Positions 1-8,191 of a stretch of DNA of 32,000 nt are shown one piece after another (position 1 is the stretch's first letter; the number at the start of each line of letters is the position of its first letter). The position numbers were made by a program, and so were the translations under genes. The notes beneath the pieces are model-generated. The model had not been told where the DNA came from. It searched no databases and was given only the letters and a program-made list of their open reading frames with translations. Origin of the DNA: Solirubrobacterales bacterium (GTDB lineage Bacteria; Actinomycetota; Thermoleophilia; Solirubrobacterales; 70-9); NCBI GenBank assembly GCA_035634715.1, contig DASQCL010000101.1:1-32000 (forward strand). The letters are read 5' to 3'.

Positions 1-1
1 T

Positions 2-157
2 GACCAACCCACCTGGATCGTGACCGGGTCGGGCGGCTCGGCGGTGGGCCGGGCGGCCGACGCCCTCGACTCGAGCGCGCTGCGCGACCGCTACGCGATC
101 GCGGCGACGGGCGCCCGCCCCGTCCCGCTGCCGATCGTCCCAGGGGGCGGCGGGTGA
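2..157 (+). CDS. 3' end of an unidentified protein-coding gene (C-terminal about 51 aa: ...TWIVTGSGGSAVGRAADALDSSALRDRYAIAATGARPVPLPIVPGGGG)
   Basis: The frame is open from the window edge and third codon positions are almost all G/C. The stop TGA (155-157) overlaps the GTG start of the next gene (GTGA). No recognisable domain. Confidence 0.35.
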   Translation, partial: DQPTWIVTGSGGSAVGRAADALDSSALRDRYAIAATGARPVPLPIVPGGGG

Positions 158-1044
158 GATCGCCGATCGCGTACGTCCCGCGGCGCACCCCGATCGCGGG
201 AGCGGGCGCCCTGGCCGCCAGCGTCTACCTGGGGTCGTTCGCCGTCGTGGCGTTCATCTACTCGAACCCGATCGTCCTCGCCGCCGCCGGCCTCGGGGTC
301 GTGGTCGCCGGGCTCTGCGCGAAGGCGGGGCGGGCACTGGCCACGTCAGCGCGCTGGGGGCTGAGCCTCGGCGTCTTCATCGTGATCGTCAACGGGCTCG
401 TCGCGCAGCGGGGCGAGACGATCATCATCTACGGGCTCTGGCTGCCGCTCCTGGGCCACACCGACGTGAGCGCCGAGGCGCTGGCGGAGGGCGGCGTGCT
501 CGCACTACGGATCCTCGTCGTCCTGATGGCCTTCTCGGTACACGCCGCCTGCGTCGACCCTGACCGCGTCCTGCGCCTCCTGCGCCCGGTGGCGCGCCGC
601 TCGGCGCTGACCGCCACGCTGATCGCCCGCCTCGTGCCGCTTGCCGCCGCCGACCACGCGCGGCTGGGCGAGGCCGCGGCCCTGCGCGGCCCGGCGGCGG
701 CGCCGGTGGGCCGCGCTGCGATGGCGCGCCGGCTGGTGGCGGGCTCGCTCGACCGCGCGGTGGACGTGGCCGCGACGCTGGAGCTCCGCGGGTACGCGCG
801 GGGCGCCCCGGGATCGGCGCGGGGAGGGCCTCCGGCGCGTTACGCGGGCCGGTTCCTGGCGGCCGGCATCGTGATCGCCGCGATCGCCGTCGCCGCGCGC
901 ATCGCCGGCGTTGGCGCCTACGACTCCTATCCGACTGTGAGCATCGACCTCGGCGCGGCGACGCTCGCTCTTGCCGTGGTCATACCCGTGCTCGCCGCAC
1001 TTCCGTTCGCGACCGCGCCCCGGGGCTGGAGGCGCCGTGGCTGA
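154..1044 (+). CDS. ecfT: ECF transporter transmembrane (T) component, EcfT/CbiQ family
   Basis: 296 aa polytopic hydrophobic protein. It carries the coupling-helix type motif ATLELRGYARG (Ala-x-x-x-Arg-Gly) typical of EcfT/CbiQ. It is directly coupled to a double ABC ATPase and an S-component-like gene. Confidence 0.8.
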   Translation: MRSPIAYVPRRTPIAGAGALAASVYLGSFAVVAFIYSNPIVLAAAGLGVVVAGLCAKAGRALATSARWGLSLGVFIVIVNGLVAQRGETIIIYGLWLPLLGHTDVSAEALAEGGVLALRILVVLMAFSVHAACVDPDRVLRLLRPVARRSALTATLIARLVPLAAADHARLGEAAALRGPAAAPVGRAAMARRLVAGSLDRAVDVAATLELRGYARGAPGSARGGPPARYAGRFLAAGIVIAAIAVAARIAGVGAYDSYPTVSIDLGAATLALAVVIPVLAALPFATAPRGWRRRG

Positions 1045-2686
1045 GTCGCTGGTGAGCATCAGCGGTCTCGGCTATCGGTATCCCGAGGCCGAGAGCGACT
1101 CGCTCATCGACGTCGATCTCGAGATCGAGCCCGGGGAGCTCATCGTCCTCGCCGGGCGCTCGGGATCGGGCAAGACGACGCTATTGCGCGCCTGCTGCGG
1201 CCTCGTCCCGCACTACCACGGGGGCGACGTGCGCGGCGAGGCCCGGGTGGCCGGCCTCGACGTTCGCGATCACGGCCCGGCCGAGCTCGGCGGCGCCGTG
1301 GGCCTCGTGGCGCAGGACCCCGAGACGCAGGTCGTGTCGACCACGGTGCGCGCCGAGCTTGAGCTGCCGCTCGAGATCCGCGGCGAGCCCCCGGCCGCAC
1401 GGGCGAGGGCGGTGGAGGAGGTGTCCCTCGCCCTCGCGATGCCCCACCTCCTGGAACGGCCCGTGGACACCCTCTCCGGCGGCGAGCTGCAACGGGTCGC
1501 GCTCGCCGCCGCGCTGGTGGGGCGCCCGCAGCTGGTGCTGCTCGACGAGCCGACCTCGCAGCTGGACCCGGTGGCGGGCGACGAGCTCGTCGGGCTTCTG
1601 CGGCGGCTGAACGAGGAGTGGGGGACGGCGATCGTCCTCGCCGAGCATCGCCTCGAGCGCTGCCTCGGCGCCGCCGACCGCGCTCTCGCGATGGCCGGCG
1701 GGCGGATCGCGTTCGACGGCAGCCCGCGGGATCTGCTGCGCTGGGCGCTCGAGCACGACCCGGCCCTGGCGACCCCCGGCGCGCGCATGTTCGAGCTGGC
1801 CGGGCTCGGCGAGCCGCCGGTCGGGGTCAAGGACGCGCGGCGCGCTCTGCGCGCCCTCGGTATCGAGTCGCGCGAGGCCCCGCCGGCTCACCCGGCTCAG
1901 AACGGCTCGGGGCCGGCCGGCGGCCCGGTCGCGCTCGAGCTGCGGAACGCGTGGGTCGAGCTGGACGACGGCTCCGGGCCGCGCGACGTCCTGCGGGGCG
2001 TCGACCTCAAGATCCGCCGCGGCGAGCGGGTCGCGCTGATGGGCCGGAACGGCGCCGGCAAGACCACCCTCCTCCGCGCCGCGGCCGGAAGGCTCGAAGC
2101 GGCGCGCGGGCGGGCCTCGGCGCCGGCCGGCTGCGCGCTCTGCCCGCAGAGCCCCGGCGACCTCCTCGTTCGCGAGCGGGTCGGCGACGAGCTACCCGGC
2201 GATGCCGGGCGGGCCGCGCTCGACGCCACCGGGCTCGATTGGGCCGAGGACGCGGACCCGCGTGACCTGTCGGGGGGTGAGCGCCAGCGGCTGGCCCTGG
2301 CGATCGTGATGGCGGGGCGCGCCGCGGGCGACGCGCTTCCGGGGCTTGTCTGCCTGGACGAGCCGACCCGGGGCCTGGACCGAGCTCGCAAGGCGGACCT
2401 GGCCGAGTGGAGCGCGAGCCTCGCCGCACGGGGCGCCGCGGTGGTGATCGCCACCCACGACGTCGAGTTCGCCGCCTCGTTCGCCCAGCGAGTGGTGCTG
2501 CTGGGAAGCGGCGAGGTGATCGCGGACGGCTCGGCGGCGGAGGTGCTGTCGGGCGGCTGGTACTTCGCGACCGAGGTCGCGCGCATCCTCGGCGCCGGCG
2601 AGGCGATCCTGCCGGAGCGGGGGGCCGAGCTCGTGCGCGAGCGAATGGCCGCGGTGAGCACGCCGGTCGGGAGCGAGGCTCCGTGA
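1037..2686 (+). CDS. ECF transporter ATPase, fused EcfA-EcfA' with two ABC domains
   Basis: Two Walker A motifs (GRSGSGKTTLL, GRNGAGKTTLL), two signature motifs (LSGGELQRVALA, LSGGERQRLALA), two Walker B motifs (LVLLDEPTSQLD, LVCLDEPTRGLD) and H-loops (LAEHRL, ATHDVEF). I chose the GTG at 1037 (VAESLVSISGL...), which overlaps the EcfT stop; the ORF-track start at 971 lies inside ecfT. Confidence 0.9.
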   Translation: MAESLVSISGLGYRYPEAESDSLIDVDLEIEPGELIVLAGRSGSGKTTLLRACCGLVPHYHGGDVRGEARVAGLDVRDHGPAELGGAVGLVAQDPETQVVSTTVRAELELPLEIRGEPPAARARAVEEVSLALAMPHLLERPVDTLSGGELQRVALAAALVGRPQLVLLDEPTSQLDPVAGDELVGLLRRLNEEWGTAIVLAEHRLERCLGAADRALAMAGGRIAFDGSPRDLLRWALEHDPALATPGARMFELAGLGEPPVGVKDARRALRALGIESREAPPAHPAQNGSGPAGGPVALELRNAWVELDDGSGPRDVLRGVDLKIRRGERVALMGRNGAGKTTLLRAAAGRLEAARGRASAPAGCALCPQSPGDLLVRERVGDELPGDAGRAALDATGLDWAEDADPRDLSGGERQRLALAIVMAGRAAGDALPGLVCLDEPTRGLDRARKADLAEWSASLAARGAAVVIATHDVEFAASFAQRVVLLGSGEVIADGSAAEVLSGGWYFATEVARILGAGEAILPERGAELVRERMAAVSTPVGSEAP

Positions 2687-4590
2687 GCTGGGAGGCCTAC
2701 GCCTGGGCGCTCCTCGCCGCAGTCCTGGTTGGCGGGTTCGCCTGGTACGAGCGCTCGCGCCCGCCCGCCCGCATGGTCGCCCTGGTCGCCGCGCTCGCTG
2801 CGCTGGCCGTCGCCGGCCGGCTGGTCTTCACCCCGATCCCGAACGTCGTCGCCACCACCGACATCGTGCTGATCACGGGGTTCGCCGTCGGCGCGGCGCC
2901 GGGGTTCGCGGTCGGCGCGCTCGCCGCGGCGATCTCCAACCTGTGGCTCGGGCAGGGGCCGTGGACGCCGTGGGAGATGGCGGGGTGGGGCATGGTGGGC
3001 CTTGGCGGCGCGGCGCTGGGCGCCGTCACGGGGCGGCGGATCGGCCGGTTCGGCCTCGCGATCGCCTGCGGTCTCGCCGGCTTCGCCTACGGCGCGCTTC
3101 TCGACTACTCGGTGATGGTCAGCTACGGAGGCGAGCAGTCCCTGGATCGCTACCTCGCGATCTCGGCGCGCGGCCTGCCGTTCAACGTCGCCCACGCCGC
3201 TGGAAACGTGGTGCTCGCCCTCGCAGCGGGGCCCGCATTGGTCCGGATGATCGCCCGCTATCGCGATCGCTTCGAGTTCCGGTGGCGCCCGGCGGGCGTT
3301 GCGCCGCTGGTGCTCCTGGCGGCCCTGGCGATCGCGATCGCGGTTCCGGCCCGCGCTGACGCCGCGTCGGCGGTCGGTTGGCTCGAGAGCGCTCAGAATT
3401 CTGACGGCGGATTCGGGACCGGGCCGGGGACGTCGTCGAGCGCGACGATGACGGGGTGGGCGGTCCTCGGCCTCGAGGCCGCGGGGCGCAGCCCGTTCGC
3501 GGTCAGGAGCGGCGGGGCGACCCCGATCGACTACCTGCGGCGGGAGGCTGGCGGCCTGAGCGCGGCCGGCGACCTCGAGCGGACGATCCTGGCGCTCGAA
3601 GGCGCCGGCGTCAGCTCGCGGCATTTCGGCGGCCGAAACCTGCCAGCGGAGCTTCGCCGCCACATCTCCAGCAGCGGTTCGGTGCAGGGACAGGTCAACC
3701 TCACCGCGTTCGGGATCCTTGCGCTGCGCTCCGCGGGGGCCGCGCAGTCCTCGGTCAGGAAGTCCGCTAAGTGGCTGCACCGCGCGGAGAACCGGGACGG
3801 GGGCTGGGGCTTTCGGCCGAGCGCCGCCAGCGACGCGGACAGCACGGGCGCGGCGCTCCAGGGCATGGCCGCCGCCGGCGCGACCCGCCACACGATGCAC
3901 CGGGGCGTCGCGCTCCTGCGCCGCGCACAGGACCGCGACGGGGGCTTTCCCCTGGGAGGAACCACCGTCTCCAACTCCCAGTCCACGGCGTGGGCGATCC
4001 AGGGGCTGGTCGCGGCGGGCGTGAGCCCGTCGAGGGTGCGGGAGCGCGGCCACTCTCCGTTCGACTACCTCTCCAGGCGCCAGCGAGGCGACGGCCACTA
4101 CACGTACTCGGCCTCGAGCGACCAGACTCCGGTCTGGGTCACGGGCCAGGCGCTCGTGGCCGTCAGGCGCGAGGCCTTCCCCGTGCGCCCGGTGGCCCGG
4201 CCGGTGCGCCACAGGCGGTCGTCGGGGCACGTGGGCGGCGGATCCAGCGGGTCCGCCGCTCCCACGACCAGCCCGATTCCGACCGCCACGTCAACCACGG
4301 GCGGCGGCGCGTCTCGGGCGACCGGGTCGAAGCGCCATGCGAATGGTGCGGGTGGGGGAAGGGGCTCGAAGCCCTCCGCGACCGCTCCGGCCGCGGGGAG
4401 CAGCGCACCGACCGGCGCCGTGGAGCCGCGCGCGAAGGGGCAGCCGGTCAGCGCCCCGGTGGACCCCGCGGCGGCGGCCCCGCCTCCCGACGGCGACTCC
4501 CACACGGCCGCCTACGTCGCGGGTGGGCTCGCGGCCCTGGCGCTTGCCCTCGCGGGCGGCTTCCTCTGGTACCGCCGGCGCCTCCCCTGA
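2683..4590 (+). CDS. ECF S-component-like 6-TM domain fused to an extracytoplasmic prenyltransferase/squalene-cyclase-like repeat (alpha/alpha toroid) domain, a low-complexity linker and a C-terminal TM anchor
   Basis: The GTG at 2683 overlaps the ATPase stop (GTGA). The N-terminal ~200 aa contain six hydrophobic helices rich in small residues. Next comes a signal-peptide-like segment, GVAPLVLLAALAIAIAVPARADA. Repeats follow: WLESAQNSDGGFG, WLHRAENRDGGWG, LLRRAQDRDGGFP, YLSRRQRGDGHY. The protein ends with a Pro/Ser/Gly/Ala-rich stretch and AAYVAGGLAALALALAGGFLWYRRRLP. Confidence 0.7.
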   Translation: MSWEAYAWALLAAVLVGGFAWYERSRPPARMVALVAALAALAVAGRLVFTPIPNVVATTDIVLITGFAVGAAPGFAVGALAAAISNLWLGQGPWTPWEMAGWGMVGLGGAALGAVTGRRIGRFGLAIACGLAGFAYGALLDYSVMVSYGGEQSLDRYLAISARGLPFNVAHAAGNVVLALAAGPALVRMIARYRDRFEFRWRPAGVAPLVLLAALAIAIAVPARADAASAVGWLESAQNSDGGFGTGPGTSSSATMTGWAVLGLEAAGRSPFAVRSGGATPIDYLRREAGGLSAAGDLERTILALEGAGVSSRHFGGRNLPAELRRHISSSGSVQGQVNLTAFGILALRSAGAAQSSVRKSAKWLHRAENRDGGWGFRPSAASDADSTGAALQGMAAAGATRHTMHRGVALLRRAQDRDGGFPLGGTTVSNSQSTAWAIQGLVAAGVSPSRVRERGHSPFDYLSRRQRGDGHYTYSASSDQTPVWVTGQALVAVRREAFPVRPVARPVRHRRSSGHVGGGSSGSAAPTTSPIPTATSTTGGGASRATGSKRHANGAGGGRGSKPSATAPAAGSSAPTGAVEPRAKGQPVSAPVDPAAAAPPPDGDSHTAAYVAGGLAALALALAGGFLWYRRRLP

Positions 4591-4611
4591 CGGGCCCAGC
4601 GGTTCACTGGA

Positions 4612-4617
4612 TACCGT
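4612..4617 (+). promoter_or_regulatory. Putative -10 hexamer TACCGT (TAnnnT), 7 nt upstream of the nitroreductase ATG; implies a leaderless mRNA
   Basis: TACCGT-gtcggcg-ATG(4625). There is no Shine-Dalgarno sequence in between. The same geometry recurs at four other unit heads in this window. Confidence 0.4.
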
Positions 4618-4624
4618 GTCGGCG

Positions 4625-5134
4625 ATGGAGGTCTCCGAAGCGATTCGCACCCGGCGGACGCACAAGGCGTTCAAGCCCGAGCCCGTGGACAGGGCGGTGC
4701 TCGACGAGCTGCTCGAGCTCGCCCGGTGGGCGCCCAACCACAACCTCACCAACCCCTGGCGCTTCCGGGTTATCGGGCCGCGGGCACTCGAGCGCCTGAA
4801 GGAGGCCGCCGGTCCCGAGGCGGCCGGGAAGCTCGACCGCGCCCCCACCTTGGTGGTCTGCTCGTGCGCCCTCGGGGGCGACGAGATCCGGGACGAGGAG
4901 GATCTTCACGCGACCGCCTGCGCGGCGTACATCGTCCTGCTCGCCGCCCACGGGCACGGGCTCGCGGGCTACTGGCGAACTCCGTCGGTGATGCGGACGC
5001 CCGCCGGGCGCGCCGCGGTGGGCCTCGGCGACGACGAGCGGTTCGTGAGTCTCATCCACCTGGGCCAGCCGGTCCAGGGCAAGGAGCCGCCCGAGCGGGC
5101 GCCGGTCGGTGACGTCGTCACCTACCTCGACTGA
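4625..5134 (+). CDS. Nitroreductase family protein
   Basis: RRTHKAFKPEPVDRAVLDELLELARWAPNHNLTNPWRFRVI is the classic nitroreductase N-terminal signature. The ORF-track start at 4337 is inside the upstream gene. An alternative in-frame GTG lies at 4616. Confidence 0.85.
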   Translation: MEVSEAIRTRRTHKAFKPEPVDRAVLDELLELARWAPNHNLTNPWRFRVIGPRALERLKEAAGPEAAGKLDRAPTLVVCSCALGGDEIRDEEDLHATACAAYIVLLAAHGHGLAGYWRTPSVMRTPAGRAAVGLGDDERFVSLIHLGQPVQGKEPPERAPVGDVVTYLD

Positions 5135-5141
5135 ACCAGAG

Positions 5142-6854
5142 ATGCTCTCCCGCTCCAAGGCACTCGAGACGCTGAGCGCGGACCCCTTCGACGTGGTCGT
5201 GATCGGCGGCGGGATCACCGGGGCGGGGGTCGCGCTCGACGCCGCCTCGCGCGGCTACTCCGTGGCGCTCGTCGAGCGGGACGACTACGCGGTGGGCACC
5301 TCGAGCCGGTCGTCGAAGATGGTGCACGGCGGCCTCCGCTACCTCCAGAACTTCGACCTCGGACTCGTTCGCGAGGCGCTCCTCGAGCGCCAGCTCATGG
5401 TCCAGCTCGCGCCGCACCTCGTCTATCCGACGCCCTTCCTGGTGCCCACCCTCGGCGACGGCCGCCGCAGCCGGGCGCTCGGGATCGGGCTGAACATGTA
5501 CGACGTCATGGCCACGACGCGGGTCGGTCAGGGGCGCCGCGAGCGCCAGGCGAGGGAGCGCTCCCGCCAGCGCGAGGGGGCGGAGATCGTCCCGGAGGAG
5601 GAGTGGGCGCCGGACCGGCATCGCACGATTCCCGGAGAGGAGGCGGCGGAGCTCGTCCCCGCGCTCGCCGCTCGCGATCCCAGGGAGGCCTACCTCTTCT
5701 ACGACTGCCAGACCGACGACGTCCGCCTGGTGCTGACCGTGCTCGGTGAAGCGGAGCGGTTCGGGGCGGTCTTCGCCAACGGCGCCGATGTGGTCGAGGT
5801 CATCTCCAAGAACGACAGGGCCGCCGGCGTCGTCTGCGTCGACGCCTCGAGCGGCGAGCGGTTCGAGGTCCGCGCCGACACCGTCGTGAACGCGACCGGG
5901 GTCTGGGCCGACCGCATCCGGCCGGAGGAGATCCTCACCGAGGAGGAGGTCCCGCGGATCTCGCCCAGCCGTGGAACCCACGTCACCATCTCCCAGGACC
6001 TGCTGCCCGTGGGGAGGGCGGCGTGCATCGTCCCGGCGGGGGAGGAGCGCACGATCTTCGCCCTGCCTTGGTACGGCCGCGCGCTCGTCGGGACCACGGA
6101 CCGCGACTACGAGGGGGACATCGCCCGGGTGCAGCCGTCCGGCGACGACATCGAGTATCTGCTGGACGCGGCCAACTCGTTCTTCGGCACCGACATCGGC
6201 CGCGGCGACCTGACGGGCGCGTATGCCGGGGTGCGGCCGCTGATCTCCACCGGCGACCCGCGCAAGTCCGTGGACATCTCGCGCAGGGCCGAGCTCTATG
6301 AGACGTCGTCGGGGCTGCTGACGATCACCGGCGGGAAGCTGACCACCTGGCGCCGGATGGCTAAGCAGGTGGTCGACCGGATGGTGGAGCGGGAGGGCCG
6401 CGAGGCGCCCTGCCAGACGGCGGACATCCCGCTCGGCATGCCGGCCGATGACGAGGACCTCACCCCGCCGGCGGGGCTGGTGGAGGCGGACCTCCCAGAC
6501 GGATGGCGCGACCTGCTGGCCTTCCGGTACGGGCACGCCGCGCGCCGGGTGCTCGCCGTCGCCGCCGAGCGCCCCGAGCTCGCACGCCCGATCTTGCCGG
6601 GCCACCCCGACCTGCTCGCGGAGGCGGCGATCGCAGCGCGGCTCGAGCAGGCGCGCTCGGTCGCGGACGTCCTCCTTCGCAGGACGCGCCTTGGGCTCGT
6701 GGCCGCGCCCCAGCTCCGCACCGCCGACTCCGTGGCCCCGGTCGCCGAGGCCATGGCGGGCGAGCTCGGATGGGACGCCCGGCGCGTACGGCAGGAAGCG
6801 GAGGCCTGGCCGGAGGCCGCTTCCGCCGAGGGGATCGACGCGGCACGGGCTTGA
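5142..6854 (+). CDS. glpD: FAD-dependent glycerol-3-phosphate dehydrogenase
   Basis: FDVVVIGGGITGAGVALDAASRGYSVALVERDDYAVGTSSRSSKMVHGGLRYL (dinucleotide-binding fold plus the GlpD signature), GGKLTTWR, and a C-terminal alpha-helical GlpD domain. The ATG at 5142 avoids overlap with the nitroreductase. Confidence 0.9.
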   Translation: MLSRSKALETLSADPFDVVVIGGGITGAGVALDAASRGYSVALVERDDYAVGTSSRSSKMVHGGLRYLQNFDLGLVREALLERQLMVQLAPHLVYPTPFLVPTLGDGRRSRALGIGLNMYDVMATTRVGQGRRERQARERSRQREGAEIVPEEEWAPDRHRTIPGEEAAELVPALAARDPREAYLFYDCQTDDVRLVLTVLGEAERFGAVFANGADVVEVISKNDRAAGVVCVDASSGERFEVRADTVVNATGVWADRIRPEEILTEEEVPRISPSRGTHVTISQDLLPVGRAACIVPAGEERTIFALPWYGRALVGTTDRDYEGDIARVQPSGDDIEYLLDAANSFFGTDIGRGDLTGAYAGVRPLISTGDPRKSVDISRRAELYETSSGLLTITGGKLTTWRRMAKQVVDRMVEREGREAPCQTADIPLGMPADDEDLTPPAGLVEADLPDGWRDLLAFRYGHAARRVLAVAAERPELARPILPGHPDLLAEAAIAARLEQARSVADVLLRRTRLGLVAAPQLRTADSVAPVAEAMAGELGWDARRVRQEAEAWPEAASAEGIDAARA

Positions 6855-6886
6855 TCCCGGCGCCTGGCGGATATCCTGCCGCCGCC

Positions 6887-8170
6887 ATGGCGGAGAGGCT
6901 CAAAGAACTTCATCTCGCCGACCTTCATGCCCGCGCGGCTGAGCTCGCGGTGCCCAGGTACCGGATGCTTCGCCGCGACGAGCTCGTGGCGGAGATCACC
7001 GAGCGCGGCGGCGACGCCGGCGCTGAGCCGGAGGAGGCGCCCGAGCCGAAGGAGCCACCGGAGCGCCGGCGTGAGGCCAAGCCTGAGCGCGAGCGCCTCG
7101 AGGACACCGAGACCGAGGACGTGGTCGGGGTGCTCGAGGTCACGCCGCAGCGGTACGGGTTCCTGCGGTTCGGCGGGCTCGAGGCGCAGCCTGACGACGT
7201 CTACGTCTCGGCGTCCCAGATCCGCCGCTGCGAGCTTCGCTCCGGCGACGAGGTCGGCGGGCCCGCGCGTGCCCCGCGACGCGGCGAGCGCCATCGGGCG
7301 CTCGTGCACGTGGACCGGGTCAACGGGGGCGAGCCGCCAACCGAGGAGCGCCGAGCGTTCGAAGACCTGACGCCCGTCTTGCCCAAGCGGCGCGTGGCCC
7401 TCGGCGAGTCGCCCGACGTGCTCGCGCGGGCGGTCGACCTGCTAACGCCTCTTGCCCTCGGCCAGCGCGTCCTGGTGACGGCCGCACCCCGCTCCGGGCG
7501 GACGACCCTGCTCCGCGCGCTCGCCGCCGCTCTCGCAGCACAGGAGGGCCTCGAGCTGATCGTGCTGCTCATCGACGAGCGGCCGGAGGAGGCGACGGCC
7601 TGGCGCGAGGCGTTGCCGGACTCAGAGGTGGTCAGCGCCACAGCCGAACTTCGCCCCGAGGACCAGGTGCGAGTCGCCGAGCTCGCGCTCGAGCGCGCGC
7701 GGCGGCTGGCCGAGTCCGGCACGGACACCTGTCTCGTCGTCGACTCGCTTTCGCGCCTCGCGGTTGCGTCGAGCTCGGCCGGGGGCCGTGGCAGCGACGT
7801 CGCGGAGGTGAAGAGCCTCTTCGGCTCGGGTCGCGAGCTCTCCGAGGACTCGGCGGGCTCGTTGACGGTGATTGCGACGGTGGTCGACGGGGCCGAAGAC
7901 GACGGCGCCGCCGAGCGCGCCGTGGTGACGACCGAGAGCTCGCTGATCGCGCTCGATCCCGAGCTGGCGGCCGCCGGAGTGTTCCCGGCGCTGCGCGTCT
8001 CGAATTCGCGTGTCTCCAACGAGGACGAGCTTCGCGATGCGAACGAGCTGGACGCGATCCGCCGCCTGCGTTCACTCCTGGCCGATCTGGATCCGGCCGA
8101 GGCGGCGAAGCTCGTGCGCGAGCGCATCGAGGGCTCGGCGTCGAACGCCGAGCTGCTCTCGAGTCTGTAA
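6887..8170 (+). CDS. rho: Divergent Rho-family transcription termination factor homolog (Walker A GRT instead of GKT)
   Basis: Rho_N-like LKELHLADLHARAAELAVPRYRMLRRDELVAEI and an acidic/basic insert. A CSD-like RNA-binding core: GVLEVTPQRYGFLRF...DDVYVSASQIRRCELRSGDEVGG. ATPase motifs: GQRVLVTAAPRSGRTTLL, LLIDERPEEAT, LVVDSLSRLA, GSLTVIATVV, VFPALRVSNSRV. The match to E. coli Rho is by recall, not by alignment. Confidence 0.8.
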   Translation: MAERLKELHLADLHARAAELAVPRYRMLRRDELVAEITERGGDAGAEPEEAPEPKEPPERRREAKPERERLEDTETEDVVGVLEVTPQRYGFLRFGGLEAQPDDVYVSASQIRRCELRSGDEVGGPARAPRRGERHRALVHVDRVNGGEPPTEERRAFEDLTPVLPKRRVALGESPDVLARAVDLLTPLALGQRVLVTAAPRSGRTTLLRALAAALAAQEGLELIVLLIDERPEEATAWREALPDSEVVSATAELRPEDQVRVAELALERARRLAESGTDTCLVVDSLSRLAVASSSAGGRGSDVAEVKSLFGSGRELSEDSAGSLTVIATVVDGAEDDGAAERAVVTTESSLIALDPELAAAGVFPALRVSNSRVSNEDELRDANELDAIRRLRSLLADLDPAEAAKLVRERIEGSASNAELLSSL

Positions 8171-8191
8171 CCGCCGCGCGTTAGCGGCGGT
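8170..8191. terminator. GC-rich hairpin between convergent genes (possible bidirectional terminator)
   Basis: aCCGCCGC-gcgtta-GCGGCGGt: an 8-bp stem with a 6-nt loop. It starts at the last base of the rho-like TAA (8168-8170) and overlaps the last codons and stop (8181-8183) of the minus-strand gene. No U-tract. Confidence 0.4.

Noticed and set aside
1897-4230. 777-aa minus-strand ORF, the longest ORF in the track
   Set aside because: It is the antisense shadow of the ECF ATPase and S-component genes. The product is Arg/Pro/Gly-rich with no motifs, and the plus-strand frames carry clear ABC and repeat-domain signatures and the GC3 signal.
5118-6605. 495-aa minus-strand ORF opposite glpD (likewise 7201-8208 opposite the rho-like gene and 13480-14718 opposite the response regulator)
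   Set aside because: These are shadow ORFs typical of high-GC DNA: low-complexity Arg/Pro/Ser-rich translations with no domains. The opposite strand encodes well-recognised proteins.
6872-6877. TATCCT as a leaderless-type -10 for the rho-like gene
   Set aside because: The spacing to the ATG is 9 nt, longer than the 6-7 nt seen at the five convincing cases. I kept it as a weak note only and did not annotate it.
6503-6886. N-terminal extensions of track ORFs (for example 6503 for rho; also 971, 2407, 4337, 13746, 16280, 20613, 23609 and 30358)
   Set aside because: The extensions overlap the preceding genes in another frame and translate to Arg/Pro-rich sequence. Internal starts that give canonical N-termini and GTGA/ATGA coupling are preferred.
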